Origin: a bacterium
GTDB taxonomy: Bacteria; Elusimicrobiota; Elusimicrobia; UBA1565; UBA9628
DNA length: 64,000 nucleotides
Reading direction: 5' to 3'
Assembly (NCBI GenBank): GCA_021846045.1
Contig: JAJZCM010000002.1
Coordinates: 16,585 to 80,584 of the forward strand
In this document: positions 38,074 through 46,810 of the stretch, piece after piece
How the letters are laid out: each line of letters begins with the position of its first letter
How positions within the stretch are numbered: position 1 is the stretch's first letter
Position numbers and translations under genes: made by a program
The notes under the pieces: model-generated
Databases searched by the model: none
Seen by the model: only the letters and a program-made list of their open reading frames with translations
What the model was told of the DNA's origin: nothing

Positions 38074-39312
38074 TTATTGGGCGGCTTTTTCTTCCGCAGT
38101 TAAAGCGGCCCAGGCTTCTTGGGCGGTGTCGACAATCTTAAAAAGAGAAAGATCTTTGGATGAAATGACTCCCATTTTCGAGAAACTTTGGAAGTTTAGA
38201 ATTTGCTTCCAGTATTTCTTGCCCACCAATACGATCGGGACGCGAGGAATTTTCCCGGTTTGGATCAGCGTGAGGGTCTCAAAAAGTTCATCCATCGTCC
38301 CAAACCCGCCGGGAAAAAATGCCAAGGCCACCGCTCCACGTCGAAGGTTGATTTTTCGTGGGGCGAAATTGTCGTAGAGAAAATTAAGGCCTTTGGTGAT
38401 ATAGGGGTTTGAAGACTCTTCATGGGGAAGGCGTATCGTGTGGCCGATGGAGGCGCCGCCGGCCTCAAAAGCTCCGCGATTGGCCGCTTCCATGATTCCG
38501 GGGCCGCCGCCAGTTGCGACGGCAATTTTACCGCCGCTTTCATGGGCCACGATTTGTCCGAACCGGTAGGCTTCTTCGTAATACTTGGACATCTGTAAAT
38601 TTTGCCGCGCGAGTTTCAAGGCTTCTTGAACGTTTTTGTCATTGGGATTTAAGCGCGCCAAAGCCAAGGCTTTTTTGTGATCGGCTTGGGCCTTTTGTTG
38701 GGGCATGAGGCGCGCGCTGCCGAAAACGGTGATCGAAGCGGCGACCCCTTTCTTGTTGATTTCCTTCGGGGCTTCTTCAATTTCACGGGCGAATCTTTCT
38801 CCCTCGCCGATATCCGCGACCGGGTAACCCTTGGCGCCATCAATAAAATGGGAAAGAGCCCCTAAGGCGTTCGACTCCTTTAAGGAATTAGAAAATTTAC
38901 TTAATGACGCGACGGTCTTTTTTGAAAGTTTTTTTAGAGAGCGCCGGGGACTGGACGCCTGGGCGCCTTCGGCGATGGGAGTTTTTTGAGCGGCTGTTTG
39001 CGTGGGCGGGTTGTCCTGAGAATTTCTCCTTGAGACATTTTTCTCTGTTTTGAGAATCGGCAAATTCTCCGGGATGTTGCCCTGAATATCAGGGAGGGCT
39101 TGCTCTTTTAAAATATCTTCATTGTTGGCCGCAGCGTCGGGAAGAGACCATGAGTCTTGCGGAATGATTGCCGGCAGGGCAACCGGAGCGGTTTCATCCG
39201 AGATGTTGCGGTTTTGATAGGCCTCCGGCAAGGCAAAAGAATATTGCGAAGCTAAAAATGAGACGATGAAAAACGCCAGAATTTTTGGATGAAGGTCTTT
39301 TCGTGTTTTCAT
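38074..39312 (-). CDS. LOG-family nucleotide 5'-monophosphate nucleosidase with signal peptide and long low-complexity N-terminal region
   Basis: C-terminal VATGGGPGIMEAANRGAFEAGG and PGGFGTMDEL LOG/TIGR00730 motifs. N-terminal signal peptide followed by about 170 aa of low-complexity sequence. Confidence 0.65.
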   Translation of the reverse strand: MKTRKDLHPKILAFFIVSFLASQYSFALPEAYQNRNISDETAPVALPAIIPQDSWSLPDAAANNEDILKEQALPDIQGNIPENLPILKTEKNVSRRNSQDNPPTQTAAQKTPIAEGAQASSPRRSLKKLSKKTVASLSKFSNSLKESNALGALSHFIDGAKGYPVADIGEGERFAREIEEAPKEINKKGVAASITVFGSARLMPQQKAQADHKKALALARLNPNDKNVQEALKLARQNLQMSKYYEEAYRFGQIVAHESGGKIAVATGGGPGIMEAANRGAFEAGGASIGHTIRLPHEESSNPYITKGLNFLYDNFAPRKINLRRGAVALAFFPGGFGTMDELFETLTLIQTGKIPRVPIVLVGKKYWKQILNFQSFSKMGVISSKDLSLFKIVDTAQEAWAALTAEEKAAQ

Positions 39313-39401
39313 AATTAAATGGTAATAGAAACGGCGGTTATTTGCCTGGGCCTAAAGGCCTAGACGAGTTTCGGCAAAGGACCTAGTATGACCAAACGCC
39401 C

Positions 39402-39417
39402 TTGACTGCCGTGTCAA
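39402..39417 (+). promoter_or_regulatory. palindromic Crp/Fnr-type box upstream of the cytochrome oxidase operon
   Basis: TTGAC-TGCCGT-GTCAA perfect dyad, 43 nt upstream of the coxB start. Confidence 0.35.
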
Positions 39418-39459
39418 AGTTTGCATGCTCCGTGTGGGTTTTGATTTAATAAGGGAACC

Positions 39460-40233
39460 ATGAAACAATATGGATGGGGTTTGCCTTTAGCGGCATCTAG
39501 TTACGCGGGAAGTATTGACTTTGGAATCTACCTGATTCATGCCGTGATGATTTTAATTTTTATCATCTGGGGCATTTTCTTTGCGTATCTGCTCGTTAAA
39601 TATCGAAAGAAAGCGAATGTCCCTGCGCGCCGCGATCATTCCCACGGAGTTTTTAAAAGCCTGATTCCCGATCTAATCGTGATGGCCTTTGAAATTATTC
39701 TGATCGCTGTTTACGCGATTCCGGTTTGGAGCAAGATTAAAATCGACATTCCACCTTCTGGGAAAGCCAATAGGGTGGCCATCGAAGCTCAGCAATGGTC
39801 TTGGAATATCCATTATCCCGGCCCCGATGGTAAATTTGGAAAAACAGAGCCGAAATATGTTCATTTCTCCAACCCGATTGGTTTGGATTATAAGGACCCG
39901 GCGGCTAAAGACGATATCGTGCTCGCCAACGAGCTTCATTTGCCGGTCAATCAGCCTACGGTTATTGAATTGACATCGATGGATGTGATTCACAGTCTTT
40001 TCATTCCAGAATTCCGCCTTAAGCAGGACGCGGTGCCGGGGATGAAAATTCCCGTCTGGGTTAAACCGACCAAAATCGGGACTTTTGAAATTTCTTGCGC
40101 CCAGTTGTGCGGGATGGCGCACAGTTTCATGCGGGGCAAGGTCATAGTTCAAAGCCAGGCAGATTACGATGCGTGGCTCAAAAGCCGTGAACCCCAGGTT
40201 GCGCAGCCGGTTCCCGCAAGCGAGGCCTTCTAA
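39460..40233 (+). CDS. coxB: cytochrome c oxidase subunit II
   Basis: CuA motif H-x34-CAQLCGMAHSFM, two N-terminal TM helices. Confidence 0.9.
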   Translation: MKQYGWGLPLAASSYAGSIDFGIYLIHAVMILIFIIWGIFFAYLLVKYRKKANVPARRDHSHGVFKSLIPDLIVMAFEIILIAVYAIPVWSKIKIDIPPSGKANRVAIEAQQWSWNIHYPGPDGKFGKTEPKYVHFSNPIGLDYKDPAAKDDIVLANELHLPVNQPTVIELTSMDVIHSLFIPEFRLKQDAVPGMKIPVWVKPTKIGTFEISCAQLCGMAHSFMRGKVIVQSQADYDAWLKSREPQVAQPVPASEAF

Positions 40234-41957
40234 TGAATCACGATTCCCATTCATCGTCAAAACCTTTTTATCATTACTTTTTTTCCACCGATCATAAAGT
40301 GATCGGCCTTCTTTACACAATCACGGCTCTTGTCTTCTTATTGTGCGGTTTCATGTTGATGTTGGTGATGCGTTGGCAATTGGCTTTCCCGGGAAGCCCC
40401 ATTCCGCTGTTGGGCCGCATTCTTTCTCCAAGCTTGGCCCCCAACGGCGTTATGACTCCCAATTTTTATAACGCCTTGGGCGCGATGCATGGGACGATCA
40501 TGGTGTTTTTGGGGATCGTGCCTTTGGGCGTCGGCGGGTTCGGCAATTATGTCCTTCCCCTTCAAATCGGCGCGGAAGACATGGCTTTCCCGCGTCTTAA
40601 CTTGGCGAGCTATTGGTTTTTCTTGTCGGGCGGCCTTTTGATGCTCTCTTCTTTTATCTTACCCGGCGGCGCGGCGCAGTCCGGTTGGACTTCTTATCCA
40701 CCCTTGGCCATCATCAATCCCGGTCAGACTGTTTGGCTGTTTGCGATGGTGCTCTTAATCACTTCATCGCTTCTTGGGGCGATCAACTTCTTAGTCACTT
40801 CTCTTAATATGCGCGCAGCGGGAATGAAACTTTCTCGCCTTCCGATTTTCGTTTGGGCTCAAATTGTGACGGCTTTCCTCCTTTTGCTGGCCTTTCCGCC
40901 TCTTGAAGCGGCTTCGGTTCTTCAATTAATGGACCGTATCGCTCATACCAGCTTTTATCTTCCCCAAGGCCTTGTGATTTTGGGCATGCGGCATATCGCT
41001 TCCGGCGGTGGGCAGCCGCTTTTATGGCAGCATCTTTTCTGGTTCTTGGCCCATCCCGAGGTTTATGTCCTTTTGCTTCCGGCCATGGGAATCGTTTCTG
41101 AGATCATCGCCAATAATACGAGAAAGCCGATTCACGGCTATAACGTCATCGTAGGGTCGATGATTGCAATTGGGCTTCTGGCGTTTGTCGTCTGGGCCCA
41201 CCATATGTTCATCAGCGGAATGAGCGCGGTTTTAAGCGACTTTTTCCTTGTGACGACGATGATCATTTCGGTCCCCTCGGTTGCGATATTGACGAGTTTT
41301 GTCTTCAGCTTAAGAGGGGGGTCCATTCGCTTTACGACCCCGATGCTTTTTGCCTTGGCCTTTCTCCCGATGTTTGGGATTGGAGGGCTCACGGGGCTTC
41401 CCTTGGGCCTCACCGTCACCGATATCTATTTGCATGACACCTACTACATTATCGGCCACTTTCACTACATCGTAGTTCCCGGCTCGCTTCTTGCTTTAAT
41501 GGGGGGAGTTTATTATTGGTTTCCTAAATGGTTCGGACGGAAAATGAATGATACTTTGGGCCAATGGCATTTCTGGACATCTCTTATCTGCATGAATGGA
41601 GTTTTTTTTCCGATGTTTATTCAGGGCTTGGCCGGCCAAGACCGCCGCTATTACGACCCGATGGCGGCCTTGCACAGCGTGCCTACGCAACCTCTTCACG
41701 TTGTTAGTTCCGCTTTTGCGGGGCTTCTCTTTCTCTCGCAGATTCCTTTTATCTATAATTTCTTTCATAGCATATGGCATGGCGAGAAAACCGATGATAA
41801 CCCGTGGCAGGCGACAACCTTGGATTGGGCGTGTCCTTCTCCGCCCCCCCATGGCAATTTTACCAAGCCGATTCGCGTCTATCATGGACCGTATGAATAT
41901 TCGCCTGTTGGACACAAGACTGATTGGATTGCCCAAAATGAGGAGGTTTTAGCATGA
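40233..41957 (+). CDS. coxA: cytochrome c oxidase subunit I
   Basis: 574 aa, 12-TM haem-copper oxidase with conserved His ligands (WAHHMF, HDTYYIIGHFHY). Confidence 0.95.
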   Translation: MNHDSHSSSKPFYHYFFSTDHKVIGLLYTITALVFLLCGFMLMLVMRWQLAFPGSPIPLLGRILSPSLAPNGVMTPNFYNALGAMHGTIMVFLGIVPLGVGGFGNYVLPLQIGAEDMAFPRLNLASYWFFLSGGLLMLSSFILPGGAAQSGWTSYPPLAIINPGQTVWLFAMVLLITSSLLGAINFLVTSLNMRAAGMKLSRLPIFVWAQIVTAFLLLLAFPPLEAASVLQLMDRIAHTSFYLPQGLVILGMRHIASGGGQPLLWQHLFWFLAHPEVYVLLLPAMGIVSEIIANNTRKPIHGYNVIVGSMIAIGLLAFVVWAHHMFISGMSAVLSDFFLVTTMIISVPSVAILTSFVFSLRGGSIRFTTPMLFALAFLPMFGIGGLTGLPLGLTVTDIYLHDTYYIIGHFHYIVVPGSLLALMGGVYYWFPKWFGRKMNDTLGQWHFWTSLICMNGVFFPMFIQGLAGQDRRYYDPMAALHSVPTQPLHVVSSAFAGLLFLSQIPFIYNFFHSIWHGEKTDDNPWQATTLDWACPSPPPHGNFTKPIRVYHGPYEYSPVGHKTDWIAQNEEVLA

Positions 41958-42547
41958 GCGGGACGGCGGCAGTTTTAACTCACCAGCCTGGAGAATCAAC
42001 AGGAGTTACCAACGCCAAGTTGGGGATATGGCTTTTCTTGGCTTCCGAGATCATGCTGTTTTCAACTCTTTTTACGACCTATATCGTCTTAAGAATCGGC
42101 GCCGCCTCTTGGCCTCGGGGTTGGAACGTCTTGAACGTCCCACTGGGAATGATCAATACTTTTGTGTTGATTACCTCAAGCGTGACCATGGTCATGGCGT
42201 ACGCGAAAGCCCACGAGAGAGACTTAAAAGGTTTTCAGCGATATATTTCCTTGACGATTCTTCTCGCTTTTGCGTTTTTGGTGATCAAGGGCTTTGAGTG
42301 GGGCGCTCATTTTCGCCATAACGAGTTTCCGTCCACCTCTATTTTCCATGCCGTCTATTTTACGCTGACCGGGCTTCATGGGCTCCACGTCATTGGCGGC
42401 ATTATCGTCAACTCGACCTTGCTTTATCTCTCAAGGACGGATTTTGAACATCCCCTTTTCGTGGGCCGCGTTGAAGGCGCCGGACTTTATTGGCATTTCG
42501 TCGATATCGTTTGGATATTCTTGTTTCCGGCCCTATACCTGTTATAG
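41954..42547 (+). CDS. coxC: cytochrome c oxidase subunit III
   Basis: 197 aa, COX3 family (GLHGLHVIGG). Confidence 0.85.
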   Translation: MSGTAAVLTHQPGESTGVTNAKLGIWLFLASEIMLFSTLFTTYIVLRIGAASWPRGWNVLNVPLGMINTFVLITSSVTMVMAYAKAHERDLKGFQRYISLTILLAFAFLVIKGFEWGAHFRHNEFPSTSIFHAVYFTLTGLHGLHVIGGIIVNSTLLYLSRTDFEHPLFVGRVEGAGLYWHFVDIVWIFLFPALYLL

Positions 42548-42558
42548 TTGGAGGCAAT

Positions 42559-42912
42559 ATGAGCGCAAATGCAGTCGCGTCGACCGAGAATTCTTCCCAC
42601 GGGCCAAACGTGCGCGCCTATATGACGGTTTTCGGAATACTTCTTTTCTTAACGGTTCTCACGGTGCTGGTTTCTTATTGGCATCTGCCGATTAAGATGG
42701 CGGTGGCGGTCGCCTTAGCCATAGCCACTTTGAAATCAGCCTTGGTGGCCGCTGTTTTCATGCACCTCAAAGGCGAACGGATTATCATTTACGGGCTTTT
42801 GGGATTAACTGTATTTTTCGTTCTTTTTTTAATCGCCGGACCTTCTTTCGATGTGTTTGATGTCGGCGGACATTCCGTCCATGCTCCTGTCGCTATTCAG
42901 GCGGAGAAATAA
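42559..42912 (+). CDS. coxD: cytochrome c oxidase subunit IV (caa3-type CoxD)
   Basis: About 117 aa, three TM helices. Position and sequence type (MHLKGE) of bacterial subunit IV. Confidence 0.65.
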   Translation: MSANAVASTENSSHGPNVRAYMTVFGILLFLTVLTVLVSYWHLPIKMAVAVALAIATLKSALVAAVFMHLKGERIIIYGLLGLTVFFVLFLIAGPSFDVFDVGGHSVHAPVAIQAEK

Positions 42913-43109
42913 TGTCTCTGAAGAAATTTCATTTGTTCTTTATCATCGTCAGCCTGACCTTGATGGTTTTTGTCGGGGGTTGGGTGGCCTATCAGTTTCA
43001 CATGGGTATGGGAAAAGACTGGGTGAGCACTGGAATCATGGCCATTATCGGCTTTATCCTCGGACTTTTTTACGCGAACTGGTTTAGAGTCAAATATAGA
43101 AATTTATGA
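42912..43109 (+). CDS. small two-TM membrane protein in the oxidase operon
   Basis: 65 aa. Start overlaps the coxD stop. Two hydrophobic helices. Confidence 0.4.
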   Translation: MSLKKFHLFFIIVSLTLMVFVGGWVAYQFHMGMGKDWVSTGIMAIIGFILGLFYANWFRVKYRNL

Positions 43110-43318
43110 GATTTTTTGCTCTGTTGCTCAATCAAATTGCGCCTTCGTCTTTTGCTTGCGCGGTTTGTTTCGGCGCCAAAGGCTCTCCCGATCTCCTCCG
43201 AGGCCTCATTATCAGCGGAGTCATACTTTTAGCTTTTGTTTTCTCGATTTTAGGCGTTCTGATTAAGACGGTCTATGATATGGAAAACCGCAAAAATGCG
43301 GCCGATCGTCTGTCATGA
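43106..43318 (+). CDS. small CxxC-containing single-TM protein in the oxidase operon
   Basis: 70 aa. FACAVCFGAK followed by a TM helix. Translationally coupled to both neighbours. Confidence 0.4.
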   Translation: MRFFALLLNQIAPSSFACAVCFGAKGSPDLLRGLIISGVILLAFVFSILGVLIKTVYDMENRKNAADRLS

Positions 43319-44286
43319 GTGAAATTTCTTCCGCGTCGCTAACGCCTTCCCCAGTTTCGCCGTCTTTTCATCTTTTTGCCGTGCTGACCTCCGTTTGCGC
43401 TTTTATTTTAGTTTTTGTCGGCGCCCTGGTAACCTCAACGGGATCGGCTTTAGCGGTTCCAGATTGGCCGCTTTCTTTCGGAAAATTTTTCCCGCCGATG
43501 ACAGGCGGAGTTTTATTTGAGCACGGGCACCGGATGATTGCCGGTTCTGTCGCCTTGATGACCTGGGCCTTGGGCTTATGGGCTTATTTCTCGCGCTTAT
43601 CCAAGCCGGTCAGGCTTTTGAGCTATCTCATCGCTTCCGCGATCTTGCTTCAGGCCATTTTAGGAGGGCTCACGGTTCTTCTTCTTTTGCCGCCGTCTAT
43701 TGCGGTTTTTCACGCTCTACTGGGGCAAACGGTTTTTTGCCTTCTTCTGATTTTGGCGGACGTTTCTTCCCCATCCTCCAAATCTAAAATTGAGGTAACT
43801 ACTGGCGTCACCCCGGCGCAAGGCGGGGTCCAGAGCGGCAATTTTCTGGATTCCGGCTTTCGCCGGAATGACGAATCTGAGCAGTTACAAATTGAGTCTT
43901 CAAAACCCGGGCTTTGGAAATACGGCGCCGTTGCTGTGACGGCGCTTTATCTTCAGCTTCTTTTCGGCGCGATTTTAAGGCATTCCGGAAAATACGGGTT
44001 TCTTCACTACGCTTGGTCCATTGGGGCGTCGATTTCCCTGATTACCTTGTTTATCGCGGGGTTGAGAAGCAAGATTAAAAGTTTAAAGGGGCTTTCTATT
44101 TTCGCGGGCATTTTCGTCTTTTTTCAAGTTGCTTTGGGGCTTTTGGCTTATATGCGCCGGATTTCCCTTGATATGCAGCCGGGTTATAACCCAGGAGCCT
44201 TGTTGACCTCCATCCATGTGGCTTTGGGGGCTTTGCTTTTAGGCTCTTCGGTTTTATGGACTTTTCGCGCTTGGCAAGTTCGATGA
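43315..44286 (+). CDS. ctaA: haem A synthase (CtaA/COX15) carrying an in-frame REP-element insertion in its central loop
   Basis: Two four-helix halves with His ligands (FEHGHRMIAG; HYAWSIGAS). REP copy R2 at 43807-43888 is translated in-frame as ...GVTPAQGGVQSGNFLDSGFRRNDESEQLQ... Confidence 0.8.
   Translation: MSEISSASLTPSPVSPSFHLFAVLTSVCAFILVFVGALVTSTGSALAVPDWPLSFGKFFPPMTGGVLFEHGHRMIAGSVALMTWALGLWAYFSRLSKPVRLLSYLIASAILLQAILGGLTVLLLLPPSIAVFHALLGQTVFCLLLILADVSSPSSKSKIEVTTGVTPAQGGVQSGNFLDSGFRRNDESEQLQIESSKPGLWKYGAVAVTALYLQLLFGAILRHSGKYGFLHYAWSIGASISLITLFIAGLRSKIKSLKGLSIFAGIFVFFQVALGLLAYMRRISLDMQPGYNPGALLTSIHVALGALLLGSSVLWTFRAWQVR
43807..43888 (+). repeat. REP-like two-hairpin repeat element, copy R2 (inside ctaA)
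   Basis: GTCACCCCGGCGCAAGGCGGGGTCCAG...GATTCCGGCTTTCGCCGGAATGACGAATCTGAGCAGTTAC. Confidence 0.8.
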
Positions 44287-45122
44287 TTAAAGACTATTTG
44301 TCTCTCTGCAAACCGAGAATTTCTCTTTTAGTCGCGCTGACTGCGGCTTTGGGATATGCCTTGGCGCATGGAGTTTCCGGAGCGCATTTTTATTGGATGA
44401 TACTCGGCGTTACCTTAAGTTCGTCCGCGAGCGCGTGCTTGAATCAGTGGATGGAATTTAAACAAGACGCTCTCATGGAAAGAACGAAAAAGCGCCCGAT
44501 TCCTCAAGGGCGAATTACGCCGAAAGCGGCTTTTATTTTCGGAGTTTCCTTAGCCGTTGCCGGATTTTTGATTCTTTTCTTTAAGTCCAATTTTCTCGCC
44601 TTATTTTTGACCGAATTGACGGTGGCCGTCTACGTTTTGGTTTATACCCCGCTTAAGATGTCGACGCCGCAGACGACCTGGATTGGCGCGTTTGCCGGGG
44701 CGACGGCTCCTTTGATCGGTTGGGCCGCGGCGGCGGGTAGGCTTTCTCTGGAAGCGTGGATTTTGTTTGGAATTCAGTTCTTGTGGCAGATTCCGCATTT
44801 TTTGGCGTTATTTTGGATCTACCGCGACGATTATGCCCGCGCGGGGTTTAAGGTGATGCCGGTCCTTGATCCCGACGGAAAAATTACTTCCGCTCAGATT
44901 GCGCTTCATTCTTTTTCCGTTCTGCCCGTCGTTCTTTTGCCCGCCTTTTGCGGCATGGCGGGAACTGGTTATGAGGTGGGGGCGTTGTGCGTGGGAACCG
45001 CCTATATGAGCTTGGGCCTTAAGGCTAGTTGGGGATTAGAAAGAACCGATACGAAGCGGCTGTTTTTCGCGTCGCTTATTTACCTTCCCCTTATTTTCGG
45101 AATGCTTTGGATAGGAGCGTGA
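44256..45122 (+). CDS. ctaB: protohaem IX farnesyltransferase
   Basis: UbiA-family polytopic protein. Follows ctaA in the oxidase operon. Confidence 0.85.
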   Translation: MDFSRLASSMIKDYLSLCKPRISLLVALTAALGYALAHGVSGAHFYWMILGVTLSSSASACLNQWMEFKQDALMERTKKRPIPQGRITPKAAFIFGVSLAVAGFLILFFKSNFLALFLTELTVAVYVLVYTPLKMSTPQTTWIGAFAGATAPLIGWAAAAGRLSLEAWILFGIQFLWQIPHFLALFWIYRDDYARAGFKVMPVLDPDGKITSAQIALHSFSVLPVVLLPAFCGMAGTGYEVGALCVGTAYMSLGLKASWGLERTDTKRLFFASLIYLPLIFGMLWIGA

Positions 45123-45123
45123 A

Positions 45124-45819
45124 ATGGTGAAGAAAACTTTGATCGGCTTTGGACTCTTGATGGCGGTTTTGTCCGCCTGCCAGACGGTTTCTCAAGATCC
45201 GGTGGTCAGAGGAGACGCTTATTTCCACGCCTTGGGCTGCCTACAATGCCATCAAATTGGAAATGAGGGCGGAACTTGGGGGCCGAACTTGACTTTTATT
45301 GGGTTTAGAAAAAGCCCTCAGTGGCTGACCTTGTGGCTTAAGAGTCCGCACTCGTGGAATCAAAAAACCGTTATGCCTAATTTCCATTTGACCCAGGATG
45401 AATTAACGTCCTTGGTCGCTTATTTGTCCGCTCAAAAAGGGCAGGCTTGGACTGATGCCCAAAGGCCTTGGAATAAACCGGGACTTACCGAACTTGAGAG
45501 GGGTCATATTCTTTTTAACGAAGCAGGTTGCGTGGCTTGCCACGGGCAAGACGGCAGAGGCGGATATCCCAACAACAACGTCGTTGGCGGCCAGATTCCG
45601 GGACTCACGCAGGTTTCCTTGGGATACAGCCGGCATGAATTAATCGCTAAAATCACCAACGGCGTTCCGCAGTCGGCTCCGGCTGACCCGAATAAGCCGC
45701 TTCCCATGATCTTTATGCCGTCTTGGGGACGGGTCTTGTCGCAGTCTGAAATTTCCGACGTCGCGGATTATCTCTTGTCGTTAGGGCCCAAGCCTTCTTC
45801 TAGCGCGGATAGCTTTTAA
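45124..45819 (+). CDS. dihaem cytochrome c
   Basis: Signal peptide/lipobox-like N-terminus. Two CXXCH motifs (CLQCHQ, CVACHG). Confidence 0.8.
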   Translation: MVKKTLIGFGLLMAVLSACQTVSQDPVVRGDAYFHALGCLQCHQIGNEGGTWGPNLTFIGFRKSPQWLTLWLKSPHSWNQKTVMPNFHLTQDELTSLVAYLSAQKGQAWTDAQRPWNKPGLTELERGHILFNEAGCVACHGQDGRGGYPNNNVVGGQIPGLTQVSLGYSRHELIAKITNGVPQSAPADPNKPLPMIFMPSWGRVLSQSEISDVADYLLSLGPKPSSSADSF

Positions 45820-45822
45820 GCC

Positions 45823-46272
45823 TTAACCGCCCCAGCCGACCTTGACGACGCCCATTCCATAGTCAAAGACCAGCCGTCCGCCAAGATAGGCGGTTGACAA
45901 AAGGATGCCCAACGCGGCGGCCCATAGAATGGTTTGCGCGATTTTGTCTTGTTTCCGAAATATCCGCCACAGGGATAAGAGGCTAAAAACCCCTACGGTC
46001 CAAAAAGCCCTCGCTTTATGATTCGCCAAGACTTCCCAGGCCGGAGGCACATGCGGGGCTTTGTCCTCGGCCAAAAGTCCAAGCCCCATGGCCGACCAAG
46101 CGCCGATGGTTCCCAGCCACAAGGCCCAGGAAACGGCGGCGTCGATCCATTTAAAAGGTTCCTTTTTTCTTAGAAATCCGGCCAATAGCGCCAGGATAAA
46201 ACCCAAGGATAAAAGCGCGATGGGAAAATGAACGGCGATGGGGTGGAAAAGATAAAGGGGAGGGATTTCCAT
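45823..46272 (-). CDS. DUF2231-like integral membrane protein
   Basis: Four TM helices. Start taken at the second Met (MEIPPLY) so the upstream terminator hairpin is not translated. Confidence 0.45.
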   Translation of the reverse strand: MEIPPLYLFHPIAVHFPIALLSLGFILALLAGFLRKKEPFKWIDAAVSWALWLGTIGAWSAMGLGLLAEDKAPHVPPAWEVLANHKARAFWTVGVFSLLSLWRIFRKQDKIAQTILWAAALGILLSTAYLGGRLVFDYGMGVVKVGWGG

Positions 46273-46276
46273 GGTT

Positions 46277-46319
46277 AAAAAGGGGACTGTCACTTTTTAA
46301 AGGGACAGTCCCCTTTTTT
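46277..46319. terminator. perfect-palindrome rho-independent terminator
   Basis: AAAAAGGGGACTGTC-ACTTTTTAAAG-GGACAGTCCCCTTTTTT. Flanked by A- and T-runs, so it can terminate in both directions. Confidence 0.7.
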
Positions 46320-46327
46320 GCGTGTGA

Positions 46328-46738
46328 TTAGCTTTTTACTTTTTCGACTTTGTCGACGATCAAGGCTTTGAGGCCGCCTTTATGCGACATATCGCCGGTG
46401 ACTTTAACGAGTTTTGCCGCCAGTTTTTTTGCCGAGTCATAAGCGGATTGTTTCTCGTGGTCATTGACCAAGAGATAAAGCGAGCCCTTTTTGGTCAAAA
46501 GTCCCATCGGAGCTCCGTCCGCCAGACATTTTTTCGCGCACGCCGCATGATTGGCCCCTTTGGCGCTGTGGCCAAGGTAGCAGGCGAGATCGACGATTTC
46601 ACCGGTGACGGTTTTATCGGCCGCCTCATGCTTTTCGCCCTTCATATTCATGCCTTTCATGTCCATGTCATGAGACCACGCCAAGGCGGCGGTGGTCATG
46701 AGTGACACGGCTAAGAAGGCAATGTTGAGTTTTTTCAT
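46328..46738 (-). CDS. secreted Met/His-rich hypothetical protein (possible metal binding)
   Basis: Signal peptide MKKLNIAFLAVSLMTTAALA, then HDMDMKGMNMKGEKHE and several Cys. Confidence 0.45.
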   Translation of the reverse strand: MKKLNIAFLAVSLMTTAALAWSHDMDMKGMNMKGEKHEAADKTVTGEIVDLACYLGHSAKGANHAACAKKCLADGAPMGLLTKKGSLYLLVNDHEKQSAYDSAKKLAAKLVKVTGDMSHKGGLKALIVDKVEKVKS

Positions 46739-46810
46739 CAGTATTCTCCCAAGACAATGGACCTAAGCTGTCCATCCTTGTTTGTATTTTAGCAAAATTG
46801 GGGGCTGTCG

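Noticed and set aside
46277-46319. Possible translated N-terminus (MTVPFLT) of the DUF2231-like protein
   Set aside because: That extension would be encoded by a perfect 15-bp-stem terminator hairpin. The second Met with the hairpin upstream is the more sensible model.
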